Program-made: the position numbers and the translations under genes
Shown here: positions 32,510 to 42,168 of the stretch, in pieces
How positions within the stretch are numbered: the first letter of the stretch is position 1
Layout: every line of letters begins with the position of its first letter
From: an uncultured Chloroflexia bacterium
Lineage (GTDB): Bacteria; Chloroflexota; Dehalococcoidia; UBA2979
DNA length: 64,000 bases
Direction of reading: 5' to 3'
Assembly (NCBI GenBank): GCA_963728205.1
Contig: CAVSIV010000002.1
Span: forward strand, 608,001 to 672,000
Notes under the pieces: generated by a model
What the model was told of the DNA's origin: nothing
Database searches by the model: none
The model's input: the letters and a program-made list of their open reading frames with translations, nothing else

Positions 32510-34403
32510 AGCCGGGGATCGCTTCGCCGCCCTGCGCGAGCGCGCGGAGGCCGTCTACGCCGCCTGGCGCAGCCCCGAGCGGCCGCGCATCGACGTCGCC
32601 GACGAGACCTCGTCGCGCGCGAACGGCGCGGAGGCGACGCGGGTCGCGCTCGAGGCGCTGGCCGAGCAGCGCGGCGCGGCGGTCGACTTCGGCCGCAACC
32701 ACGGGTATGGCATGCAGTGGCTGCAGCCGCTGGTCACGATCACGTGGCCGGACGGCGCGAGCGTCATCTACGGCCCGGTCACGCCCGACAACGCGGCGCT
32801 GATCCTCGACGAAGCCACCGGGCGCGTGGGCGCCGCGGCGGAGCTGGCGATCGGGGTGCTCGCCGGCGACCGCCCCGGCATCCCGAGCATCCGCGAGCAC
32901 CCGTTCTTCGCGTGCGAGCCGCGCGAGCGGCGGCTGCTGCGCAACATCGGGCTGACCGACCCGGAGTCGCTCGAGCACTACATCGGCACGGGCGGCTACC
33001 GCGCCGCCGCGCGCATGCTCGACCGCCACCTCTCGCCCGAGGACGTGCGCAAGATGCTCGCCGACGCGGCGATCACCGGGCGCGGCGGCGCCTACTTCAA
33101 CACCGGTGTGAAGTGGAACTTCCTTGCGGGCGCGTCGACGAGCGAGCGCTACGTCGTCTGCAACGCCGACGAGGGCGACCCCGGCGCGTGGGTCAATCGC
33201 GTCGTCCTGGAGGGCGACCCGCACCTGCTGCTCGAGGGCATGCTCATCGGCGGCTTCGCGATGGGCGCGACGCACGGCTTCATCTACATTCGCGACGAGT
33301 ACCCGCTGGGCGTCGCCCGCGTGCAGCAGGCGATCCGCCAGGCAGAGGCGGCCGGGCTGCTCGGCGACGACATCCTGGGGACGGGCCTGAGCTACCACCT
33401 GCGCGTGATCCGCGGCGCCGGCGCCTACGTGTGCGGCGACGAGACGGGACTGCTGTCGTCGATCTCCGACGCGCGCGGGATGCCGCGCATCAAGCCGCCG
33501 TTCCCGGCCGCGTCCGGCGTCTTCTACCAGCCGTCGAACGTGAACAACACCGAGACGTACTCGAACGTCCCGTTCGTGCTGCGGCACGGACCGGAGTGGT
33601 ACCACCAGCTGGGAACCGAGGAGATGCGCGGGACGCGCCTCTTCACGTTCTCCGGGGAGATCGAGCGGACGGGCTTCATGGAGCTGCCGTTCGGCACGCA
33701 GCTCACCGACGTCCTCGCGGCGTGCGGCGGCATCTCCGGCGGCGGGCGGCTGGGGTCGCTGCAGTCGGGCGGGCCGCTCGGGTCGCTGCTGCCGGGCGCG
33801 CTGCTGCCGACCCTGAACACGACGCTCAACGCGTTCCGCGCCCACGGGGGCTCGATGGGCTCCGGCGGCATGGTGTTCCTGTCCGACCGCGCGTGCCCGA
33901 TCCACCTCAACGAGTTCATCTCCGAGTTCGTCGAGGAGGAGTCGTGCGGGCGGTGCACGACCTGTCATGGCGGCAACCAGCGCATGACCGAGATCTTCCG
34001 ACGCGCGATCGGGGGCGGCGGGCGGCGCGAAGACCGGTACAACCTCGAGCTCATCGACCGCACGATTCAGCAGTCGAACTGCCAGCACGGCCAGCTCAGC
34101 CCGACGGTGATGCGCAACACCCTGCGCCACTTCTCGACGGTGTTCGACGAGCACACGCTCGGCCACCGCTGCGCGACGCTGCGCTGCGAGGGGCTCGTGC
34201 GCTTCGTGATCGCCGACCAGTCCGACCCGGCGCTGGCGGAGGCGGCCGACATCTGCCCGGTGGAGGCGATCCGCGGGGTCGAGGGCCGGCGCTGGATCGA
34301 CGACGACGCCTGCATCCGCTGCGGGGCCTGCGAGGATCTCGCGCCGCGCGGGATTGCGCGGGAAGCGGCGCCCGTCGCGCCCGTCGTGATTCGGCTCGCG
34401 TAA
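32502..34403 (+). CDS. NuoF/HoxF/HydB-like NADH-binding flavoprotein subunit
   Basis: GRGGA.F.TG.KW, CNADEGDPGA, GAGAYVCGDETGL, NNTET, ESCGRCTTC, C-terminal ferredoxin-like segment. Confidence 0.9.
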   Translation: MTEAGDRFAALRERAEAVYAAWRSPERPRIDVADETSSRANGAEATRVALEALAEQRGAAVDFGRNHGYGMQWLQPLVTITWPDGASVIYGPVTPDNAALILDEATGRVGAAAELAIGVLAGDRPGIPSIREHPFFACEPRERRLLRNIGLTDPESLEHYIGTGGYRAAARMLDRHLSPEDVRKMLADAAITGRGGAYFNTGVKWNFLAGASTSERYVVCNADEGDPGAWVNRVVLEGDPHLLLEGMLIGGFAMGATHGFIYIRDEYPLGVARVQQAIRQAEAAGLLGDDILGTGLSYHLRVIRGAGAYVCGDETGLLSSISDARGMPRIKPPFPAASGVFYQPSNVNNTETYSNVPFVLRHGPEWYHQLGTEEMRGTRLFTFSGEIERTGFMELPFGTQLTDVLAACGGISGGGRLGSLQSGGPLGSLLPGALLPTLNTTLNAFRAHGGSMGSGGMVFLSDRACPIHLNEFISEFVEEESCGRCTTCHGGNQRMTEIFRRAIGGGGRREDRYNLELIDRTIQQSNCQHGQLSPTVMRNTLRHFSTVFDEHTLGHRCATLRCEGLVRFVIADQSDPALAEAADICPVEAIRGVEGRRWIDDDACIRCGACEDLAPRGIAREAAPVAPVVIRLA

Positions 34404-34594
34404 GCGACGGGGGCGCGGTGGCGCCCGCGTGTGTTCCTTCCGTTTACGGTCGAGCCCGAGACTCCGCCCGAGCCGGTTCGAGCGGCAGCCGGGAGGGTGC
34501 CGATCATGGGGCGCGCGGCGCGATCCCATCGCTGCCGCTGCGGGCTCGACGGATGCTGCGCATGTGCGCGTCGCCGCTCGCTAACCCCCGTCGC
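34404..34594 (+). ncRNA. ssrS: probable 6S RNA
   Basis: About 190-nt rod: gcgacggggg/cccccgtcgc, gcggtggcgc/gcgtcgccgc, gtcgagccc/gggctcgac, agcggcagc/gctgccgct with a central bubble; GGGAG and CCCA...GCGGGCTC motifs as in 6S RNAs; G-U pairs favour the + strand. Confidence 0.65.
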
Positions 34595-34620
34595 CGGCTG
34601 CACGGCCGCGAGGGGGCGCG

Positions 34621-35865
34621 GTGACGGACGGGCGCGCGCGCGTCTGGCTGCAGGTCGCGCTCTTCGTGGGGCTGCTCGGGATGCCCGACGGGGCGCTGGG
34701 GGTGCTTTGGCCGTCGCTCCGCGCGACGTTCGAGCGGCCCGTGGGGGACCTCTGGATGCTCGCGGCGGCGGGGACGGCGCTCTACGTCGCCGGGAGCGTG
34801 CTCACGGGAGCCGGCGCGCGCCGCTTCGGGCAGGGCGGCTTCGTGGCGGGTGCAACCGTCACCGCCGTCGCGGGGTACGCGCTGTGGCTGCTCTCGCCGG
34901 CGTGGCTCGTCGTGATCGTCGCCGTCGCGGCGACGGGGTTCGCGCGCGGAGCCGTCGACGCCGCCGCGAACGCCGACGCCGCCCTGGCGAGCGGCGCGGC
35001 GACGCTGGGGTTGATCCACGCCAGCTACGGCCTCGGTGCGACGGCCGCCCCGCTGCTGGCGACGCCGCTGCTGCGCGCCGCGGGGTGGCGCGGGGTGGTG
35101 GCGCTGCTGGTGGCGGTGAGCGCCGCGTGCGCGGCCGCGGCCGTTCGCCTGCGCGGCCGCTGGGACACGCCGGCGGCCGCGGACGGGGCCAGCGCCGGCG
35201 CCGGCGCGACGACCGCTGCGGGCGCGACGCGCGACCCGCGCCCGGCGGGCCAGGCGGAACCGGCCGCCCCCACCGCGACGCCGGCCCGCGCGCGGCGCGG
35301 CGTGCTCGGGGCGACGCTCCTCGCGTTCGTCGTCTACGTCGCGGTGGAGACGTCGGTCGGCGCGTGGGCGTTCAGCGTGCTGCGCGAGGGGCGCGGCGTC
35401 GGCCTGGCGTGGGCGGGGCCGCTGACCGCGAGCTACTGGGGGGCGCTGACCGCGGGGCGCGTGCTGCTCTGGGCGGGCGGGCGGCGCGCCGGGGCGCGGT
35501 TGCTGCACGCGTCGGCGCTGCTCGCGCTCGGGGGGCTCGTGCTGTTCTGGGGCGACCCGTTCGGCGCCGGCGCGGTCGGGCTCGCGGTGACGGGGCTCGG
35601 CTTCGGGCCGATCTTTCCTCTGCTCGTCGCGCTGATCCCGGCGCGGCTGGGCGCCGCGCGCGCGACCTCCGGCGTCGGGCTCGCCGTCGGCGCGTCGTCG
35701 CTCGGGGGGCCGCTGGGCGCGGCGGGCATCGGCGCGCTCGCGAACCGCGGCGGGCTGGCGGCGGTGCCGGCCGCGTTCGTGGCGATGGGGTGTGCGCTGG
35801 TGCTCGTCGAGTTCGCGCTGGGACGGGTCGCCGACGGCCCGCGGCGGGCGGCGAACGTCGCCTGA
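34621..35865 (+). CDS. MFS transporter
   Basis: About 12 hydrophobic segments, GAVDAAAN, HASYGLGA...P, YVAVE...GAW, GPIFP (FucP-like). Confidence 0.85.
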   Translation: MTDGRARVWLQVALFVGLLGMPDGALGVLWPSLRATFERPVGDLWMLAAAGTALYVAGSVLTGAGARRFGQGGFVAGATVTAVAGYALWLLSPAWLVVIVAVAATGFARGAVDAAANADAALASGAATLGLIHASYGLGATAAPLLATPLLRAAGWRGVVALLVAVSAACAAAAVRLRGRWDTPAAADGASAGAGATTAAGATRDPRPAGQAEPAAPTATPARARRGVLGATLLAFVVYVAVETSVGAWAFSVLREGRGVGLAWAGPLTASYWGALTAGRVLLWAGGRRAGARLLHASALLALGGLVLFWGDPFGAGAVGLAVTGLGFGPIFPLLVALIPARLGAARATSGVGLAVGASSLGGPLGAAGIGALANRGGLAAVPAAFVAMGCALVLVEFALGRVADGPRRAANVA

Positions 35866-35990
35866 GGGCGCGCGGCGGCGCCCCGGGCACGCGCGGCCTG
35901 GCGCGAGCGCGGACGACTCCATCCGCCCGCCGAACCACTTACCCGCTGACACAGGTTCGCGTTAGACTGGGGGCCGTCTCCCCGGGAAAC

Positions 35991-38612
35991 GTGACGGGCA
36001 TCGTGGCCACCCCGGCCCGCCGGCAGTATCTCGACCTCAAGGCGCAGCACCCCGACGCGGTGCTGCTCTTTCGCATGGGCGATTTCTACGAGACGTTCGA
36101 CGCGGACGCCGAGCTCGCTGCGCGCGTGCTCGGCATCGCGCTGACCTCGCGGCCGATGGGGCGCAGCGAGGGGCGCATCCCGCTCGCCGGGATCCCGTAC
36201 CACCAACTCGAGCGGTACCTCGACCGGCTCGTCAGCGCCGGGCATCGCGTCGCGATCGTGGAGCAGGTGAGCGAGCCGGGGCAGGGGCTCGTGGAGCGCC
36301 GGGTCGTGCGCGTGGTGACGCCGGGGACGGTCGACGCCGGGGTGCTGCTCACGGAGCGCGGGCACAACTGGCTCGTCGCGCTGGCGCCCGGCGGCGAGGA
36401 GCGCTGGGGCATCGCGGCGTGCGACGTCACGACCGGCGAGCTCGAGCTGCAGGTGATCGCGGCCGCGGAGCTCGCCGGCGAGCTGGCGCGCCTCGCGCCG
36501 CGCGAGGTTGTGGCCCCGGAGGGCGTCGACCCCTTCGCGGGGCAGGCCGAGCGGGTCGCGCTGCTCACGGCGCGGCCGGCGCGGCAGTTCCGGCCGGAGC
36601 GCGCCGCCGATGCGCTGGCCGAGCGGCTCGGCGTGGCCGGGCTGGGCGGGTTCGGGCTCGAGGGGCTGGACGCGGCCGTCGGCGCCGCGGGGGGGCTGCT
36701 CGGCTATCTCGAGGAGAGCTGGCCGCAGGCGCTGGCCCACCTGCGTGCGCCGCGCGCGGTGCGCGCCGGCGATCACGTCTACCTCGACCCACAGACGCGA
36801 CGGAACCTCGAGCTGTTCGCGCCGGGGCGCGCCGGCGGCGCCGCGGGCGGGTCGCTGCTGGAGACGCTGGACCGCACGCTGACGCCGATGGGCGCGCGTC
36901 TGCTGCGCGCGCGGCTGGGGCGGCCGCTGCGGCGGCGCGCCGAGGCCGAGGCGCGGCTGGAGGAGGTCGCGTGCCTGGTCGACGCGGGCCGCGCGCGCGA
37001 CGCGCTGCGAGCGGAGCTGCGCGGGCTCCCGGACCTCGAGCGGCTGCTCGGGCGCGTGCGCGCCGGCGGCGCCACTGCGCGGCAGCTCGTGCAGCTGCGG
37101 CGCGGCCTCGAGCGGCTGCCGGCTGCGCGCGCGGCCGCCGACGCCGCCGGGCCGGCCGCGCGCGCGATCGCGGAGCACGGCCTGCCGGCCGCCGGCGGCG
37201 CCGCGGAGGTCGCGGCGTCGGTCGCCGCCGCGCTGGCGGACGACCCGCCGGCGGAGCTCGAGGACGGCGGCACCGTGCGCGCGGGCTTCGACGCCGAGGT
37301 CGACCGCCTGCGCGGGCTGGCGACCGACGCGCGCAGCGCCCTCGCGCGGCTCGAGGCCGCAGAGCGGGCGCGCAGCGGGCTCTCGGTGAAGGTCGGCTAC
37401 CACCGCGTGTTCGGCTACTACCTCGAGTTGCCGCGCGCGCAGGCCGAGCGCGCGCCGGCGGATTACGAGCCGCGCCAGACGCTGTCGAACGCGCAGCGCT
37501 TCCGCTTCGCTGCGCTCTCGGAGCTCGAGGCCGAGATCCTGGGCGCGAAGGACGCGCTGCTCGCAGCGGAGCGCGGCGTGGTCGAGCGGCTGCGCGAGCA
37601 GATCGCGGCGGCGGGGCCGGCGATCGAGCGCGCGGCCGAGGCGCTGGCGCGGCTGGACGTGGCGGCGGCGCTCGCGGAGCTGGCGGTGGATGCGCGCTAC
37701 GCGCGGCCGGCGCTGACCGAGGGCGGCCCGCTGGAGGTCGCCGGCGGGCGGCACCCCGTGGTCGAGCAGCGGCTGGAGGCGGGCGCGTTCGTGCCGAACG
37801 ACGTCGCGCTGGGCGCCGATGCCGACGTCGTGGTGCTCACCGGTCCGAACATGGCGGGGAAGTCGACGTACCTGCGCCAGACGGCGCTGATCGCGCTGCT
37901 TGCGCAGTGCGGGTCCTTCGTGCCGGCGGACCGCGCGACGGTGCCCATGGTCGACCGCATCTTCTCGCGGGTCGGCGCGCAGGACGACATCGCGGCCGGG
38001 CAGTCGACGTTCATGGTCGAGATGCTCGAGACGGCGACGATCCTGCACAACGCGACGGAGCGGTCGCTGGTGGTGCTCGACGAGGTGGGGCGCGGGACGT
38101 CGACCTACGACGGCCTGGCGATCGCACGCGCGGTGATCGAGTACCTGCACCACCGGCCGGGCGGCACACCGCTGACGCTGTTCGCGACGCACTACCACGA
38201 GCTGACCGCGCTGGCGCGGACGTTGCCGCGGGTCGCGAACCGCTCGGTGGCGGTGCGCGAGGAGGCGGGCGAGGTCGTGTTCCTGCATCGCATCGTGGAT
38301 GGCGGCGCGGACCGCTCGTACGGCGTGCACGTCGCGGCGCTGGCCGGGCTGCCGCGGGCGGTGGTGGCGCGGGCGCGCGAGCTGCTGGCGGAGCTGGAGC
38401 ATGGCGTGCCGGCGACGGCCGCGACCGTGACGGACGGCGAGGCGGTGGCCGCGGACGCCGGCGAGCAGCTGTCGCTGGCGGCGGCCGAGGGGGCGGCGCT
38501 GCTCGCGGACCTTGCGGCGCTCGAGCCGGACGCGCTGAGCCCGCTCGAGGCGCTCCAGCGGCTCTACGAGCTGCGCGCGGACGCCCGGCGGCGCCTGGCG
38601 CTGGAGGACTGA
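35991..38612 (+). CDS. mutS: DNA mismatch repair protein MutS
   Basis: LFRMGDFYETF, RVVTPGT, GRHPVVE, TGPNMAGKSTY, STFMVEM, DEVGRGTST, FATHYHEL, SYGVHVA. Confidence 0.97.
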   Translation: MTGIVATPARRQYLDLKAQHPDAVLLFRMGDFYETFDADAELAARVLGIALTSRPMGRSEGRIPLAGIPYHQLERYLDRLVSAGHRVAIVEQVSEPGQGLVERRVVRVVTPGTVDAGVLLTERGHNWLVALAPGGEERWGIAACDVTTGELELQVIAAAELAGELARLAPREVVAPEGVDPFAGQAERVALLTARPARQFRPERAADALAERLGVAGLGGFGLEGLDAAVGAAGGLLGYLEESWPQALAHLRAPRAVRAGDHVYLDPQTRRNLELFAPGRAGGAAGGSLLETLDRTLTPMGARLLRARLGRPLRRRAEAEARLEEVACLVDAGRARDALRAELRGLPDLERLLGRVRAGGATARQLVQLRRGLERLPAARAAADAAGPAARAIAEHGLPAAGGAAEVAASVAAALADDPPAELEDGGTVRAGFDAEVDRLRGLATDARSALARLEAAERARSGLSVKVGYHRVFGYYLELPRAQAERAPADYEPRQTLSNAQRFRFAALSELEAEILGAKDALLAAERGVVERLREQIAAAGPAIERAAEALARLDVAAALAELAVDARYARPALTEGGPLEVAGGRHPVVEQRLEAGAFVPNDVALGADADVVVLTGPNMAGKSTYLRQTALIALLAQCGSFVPADRATVPMVDRIFSRVGAQDDIAAGQSTFMVEMLETATILHNATERSLVVLDEVGRGTSTYDGLAIARAVIEYLHHRPGGTPLTLFATHYHELTALARTLPRVANRSVAVREEAGEVVFLHRIVDGGADRSYGVHVAALAGLPRAVVARARELLAELEHGVPATAATVTDGEAVAADAGEQLSLAAAEGAALLADLAALEPDALSPLEALQRLYELRADARRRLALED

Positions 38613-38652
38613 GATGGCGGCGCGTGCGGTGGGGCGCGGCGCGGCGCGGGGA

Positions 38653-40171
38653 TCAGCGCGCGGCCGGCGTGCCGATCCCGTAGCCGGTGTTCGCGGGAAT
38701 CGGGACGCGGGTCGGCGTCGGGCCGGGCGTGCCGGCGCCGGACGCGACCGGACCGACCGGCGCGCCGGCACCGGAGCGCGACGTCCCGGGGGCCCCCAGC
38801 CCGTACAACGGCGCGTCGAGCGCGCCGGCGAGATCGAGCAGCCCGGAGGAATCGATGGTCGCCGTCTCCGAGCCCATGATCAGGCTGCGCACGAGCGGCG
38901 GGCGCAGACCGGGATGCGTCGAGAGGATGAGCGCGGCCGCGCCGGCGACGACCGGAGCGGCGAACGAGGTGCCGGTGGCGTAGGCATAGGGACCGTCCTC
39001 GCAGAACCAGCCGCGGCGGCCGCACATCGCCTGCGGGACGGTCGAAAGCAGCCGGCGGCCCGGCGCGAAGACGTCGACGCGTCCGCCGAAGTTCGAGAAC
39101 TCCGCCGGGGCCGTGTAGTCGATGCCGTTGGTCCCCACGCGGCCGCTCGCCGCGACGGCGATCACGCCGGGGTAGGCGGCGGGGTAGGTCACGACGTCGG
39201 CGCCGTCGTTGCCGGCGGAGGCGACCACGGTCACGCCCTGCGCGAGCGCCTCTTCGACGGCGTCGCGCAGCACGGACGAGTCGCGGCGGCTGCCGAACGA
39301 GATGTTGATCACGTTCGCGCCGCGCTGCACGGCGTAGCGGATGCCGGCCGCGGCGTCGGCGATGCGGCCGGTCGCGGTGCAGTCGAGCACCTTCACCGGC
39401 AGGATGTGCACGTTCCACGCCACGCCGGTGATACCGCGGCCGTTGTCGCCCTGGGCGGCAGCGATGCCGGCGACGAAGGAGCCATGGCCCTCGTCGTCCT
39501 GGACGAGCCCGTTGGGGGGCGCGGCGGTGTAGCCGCAGGAGGGGTCGGCGGTGTCGAGCGAGACGAAGTTGCAGCCGACGATGTCGTCCGGGCAGCCGTT
39601 GCCGTCGGAGTCCTGGCCGTTCACGCGCTCGCGCGTGTTGTAGTCGAGGCGGCCGGCGAGAATCCGGGTGCGTGAAGTCGATCCCGCTGTCGATCACCGC
39701 GATCACGACGCCGGGGTCGCCGGTCGTGCGGTCCCAGGCGGCCGGGGCGTGGATCGCCTGCAGGTAGTCCGACTGCTCGGGGTAGCGCGTGTCGTTTGGC
39801 ACGGCCGCGGCGTGCAGGACGCCGTCGGCCTCGACGTCGCGGGCGAGGCCGCTCGCGGCCAGCCGGGCGGCGAGCGCGCGAGCGTCGGTGCCGTGTGGGA
39901 CGGCGACGCGCACCGCCTCGGCGAGCGCCGGGGTCGGCGGGAGCGCGTAGCCGCGGGCGGCGAGGGCGACGTGGAGGGCGGCGATGGGCAGGCCGGCGCG
40001 CGGCTGGACCAGCAGGAGGTCGGCGTTCGCGGGGGGTGCGAGCACGCGGGCGGCCGGCGGGGGCGAGTCGGTGTGCAGCGCGAAGAGGGCCAGCGCCGCG
40101 AGCGCGGCCGCGGCCACGAGCGCGCCGCTGCGCCGGACCAGGAGACGGCCGTGGCGCGCGGTGATCGACAG
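38653..40171 (-). CDS. secreted S8 (subtilisin-like) serine peptidase, frameshift near 39660
   Basis: Signal-like N-terminus, VAVIDSGID (Asp), GHGSFVAG (His), ASAGN, GTSFAAP (Ser); start uncertain. Confidence 0.88.
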
Positions 40172-40302
40172 GGTCGCCGTCCTGTCCGTACCCCCCGGAG
40201 TCCGCTCATGCTAGCCAGCGCCCGATCCCCGGGCAACGACGCGCGCGTGCGATTCATGCGGCTTCGTCATACCCGCGGTCCGCGCGCGTGGGGCGTCGTG
40301 GC

Positions 40303-42168
40303 GTGACGGCCCCGCCGCGGCCGCGCATCGCGGCGCTGCCGCCGGAGGTGGCGGCGCGGATCGCCGCCGGCGAGGTGATCGAGCGGCCGGCGAGCGTCGT
40401 GAAGGAGCTGCTCGAGAACGCGCTCGACGCCGGCGCCGGGCGCATCGAGGTCGAGCTCGCGGCCGGCGGCGTCGAGCGGCTGCGCGTGCGCGACGACGGC
40501 TGCGGCATCCCGCCGGAGCAGGTGGCCGACGCCTTCGAGCGGCATGCGACCTCGAAGCTGCGCAGCGAGCGCGACCTCTTCGCGGTCGGGACGCTCGGGT
40601 TCCGCGGCGAGGCGCTGGCGGCGATCGCGGCGGCGGCGGAGGTGGACCTGACGACGCGCCCGCCGGGACAGGACGGGGCGGCGGTCGCGCGGATGCGGGA
40701 CGGGCGGCTCGCGCACCAGGGCAGCGCGGCGGCGGCGCCGGGGACGACGGTCGACGTGCGCGATCTGTTCGTCGCATTGCCGGCGCGCCTGAAGTTCCTG
40801 CGCGGGCCCGGGGCGGAGACGCGTGCGGTGGCGGAGGTCGTGGCCGACTACGCGCTGGCGTACCCCGACGTGGCGTTCCGGCTCGTCGCCGATGGCCGCA
40901 CGCTCGTGCAGTCGCCGGGGACGGGCGACCCCGTGGAGGCGGTGGCGGCGGTGCACGGGGCGGCGGTCGCGGGGCAGCTGCTGCCGGTACGCGGGGTGCG
41001 CGAGGAGCCGGCCAGCGTGGTCGAGGGAACCGAGGCGCCGGCGCGCGTCGAGGTGCACGGGCTGGTCGGGGCGCCGTCGCTGCACCGCGCGAGTCGCGGA
41101 TACATCCATCTCTTCGCGGTCGGGCGAGCGATCCGTTCGCGGGCGCTCGTCCACGCGATCGAGCAGGCGTACGCCGGGCTGATGCCGGCCGGGCGGCACC
41201 CGGTGGCGGTCGTGCACGTGCGGGTGCCGCCGGCGCAGGTCGATGTGAACGTGCACCCGCAGAAGGCGGAGGTGCGGTTCCGGCACGAGCGGCTCGTGTA
41301 CGCGGCCGTGGCGGCCGCGGTGCGCGACGCGCTGGCCGGGGCGGCGCTGCCGGACATGGGGCTGCTCGCGCCGGCGCCGCCGGACGGTGCGCGCGCCTGG
41401 CGGGCGGCGGACGGCGACGGCCGCTTCGGCGGCGGCGCGGCGAGCGCCGGCGGCGGCGCGCCGGGGCCCAGCGGGCACGACGTGATCGCGGCGGCGCGCG
41501 CGGCGCCGCTGCTGGCGGGGTCCGGGGTCGGCGAGCCGGTTCGGGACGGGGCGCGCGACGCGGCGGCCCCGGCCGGCATCCGCGCCGGGATCGGCGCGCT
41601 GCGCGCGCTCGGGCAGGTCGACCGCACGTACCTCGTCGCGGAGGGTGCGGACGGGCTCGTGCTCGTCGACCAGCACGCCGCGCACGAGCGCGTGCTCTAC
41701 GAGCGCGTGCTGGCCGCGCGGGCGGCCGGCGAGGTCGCCGCGCAGCCGCTGCTCGCGCCGGCGGTCGTGGAGCTGAGCCCGGGGCACGCGGCGCTCGTCG
41801 ACGCGCTGGGCGCGGAGCTGGCGGCGACGGGATGGGCGCTCGAGGCCGCAGACGGCCGCGCGGTGATCGTGCGGGCGGTGCCGGTCGCGCTCGCGGCGCG
41901 GGCGCGCGCCGTGGAGCCCGGGCGTGCGCTCGTCGAGCTGCTCGACCGGATGGAAGCGGAAGAGCGGCTGACGGGGCCGGACCGCGTGGCGGCGTCGCTG
42001 GCGTGCCGCGCGGCGGTGATGGCGGGGGACCCGATGGAGGCGCCACAGCAGCGCGCGCTGCTGCGGGCGCTCGAGGCGGCCGAGACGCCGCACAGCTGTC
42101 CGCATGGGCGGCCCACGGTCGTGCAGATCAGCCGCGAGCGCCTTGCGCGCTCGTTCGGGCGGCGCTAG
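40303..42168 (+). CDS. mutL: DNA mismatch repair protein MutL
   Basis: IAAGEVIERPASVVKELLEN, HATSK, GFRGEAL, DVNVHP.K, DQHAAHER, CPHGRP. Confidence 0.97.
   Translation: MTAPPRPRIAALPPEVAARIAAGEVIERPASVVKELLENALDAGAGRIEVELAAGGVERLRVRDDGCGIPPEQVADAFERHATSKLRSERDLFAVGTLGFRGEALAAIAAAAEVDLTTRPPGQDGAAVARMRDGRLAHQGSAAAAPGTTVDVRDLFVALPARLKFLRGPGAETRAVAEVVADYALAYPDVAFRLVADGRTLVQSPGTGDPVEAVAAVHGAAVAGQLLPVRGVREEPASVVEGTEAPARVEVHGLVGAPSLHRASRGYIHLFAVGRAIRSRALVHAIEQAYAGLMPAGRHPVAVVHVRVPPAQVDVNVHPQKAEVRFRHERLVYAAVAAAVRDALAGAALPDMGLLAPAPPDGARAWRAADGDGRFGGGAASAGGGAPGPSGHDVIAAARAAPLLAGSGVGEPVRDGARDAAAPAGIRAGIGALRALGQVDRTYLVAEGADGLVLVDQHAAHERVLYERVLAARAAGEVAAQPLLAPAVVELSPGHAALVDALGAELAATGWALEAADGRAVIVRAVPVALAARARAVEPGRALVELLDRMEAEERLTGPDRVAASLACRAAVMAGDPMEAPQQRALLRALEAAETPHSCPHGRPTVVQISRERLARSFGRR

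Noticed and set aside
34404-34600. c-di-AMP (ydaO) riboswitch suggested by GCTAACCCC
   Set aside because: Missing the GCTGAATCC and GGGGTGAA elements; the rod-like pairing fits 6S RNA better
34431-35990. N-terminal extension making a 1393-aa MutS
   Set aside because: An alternative open frame over the ncRNA and MFS gene; MutS homology starts near 35991
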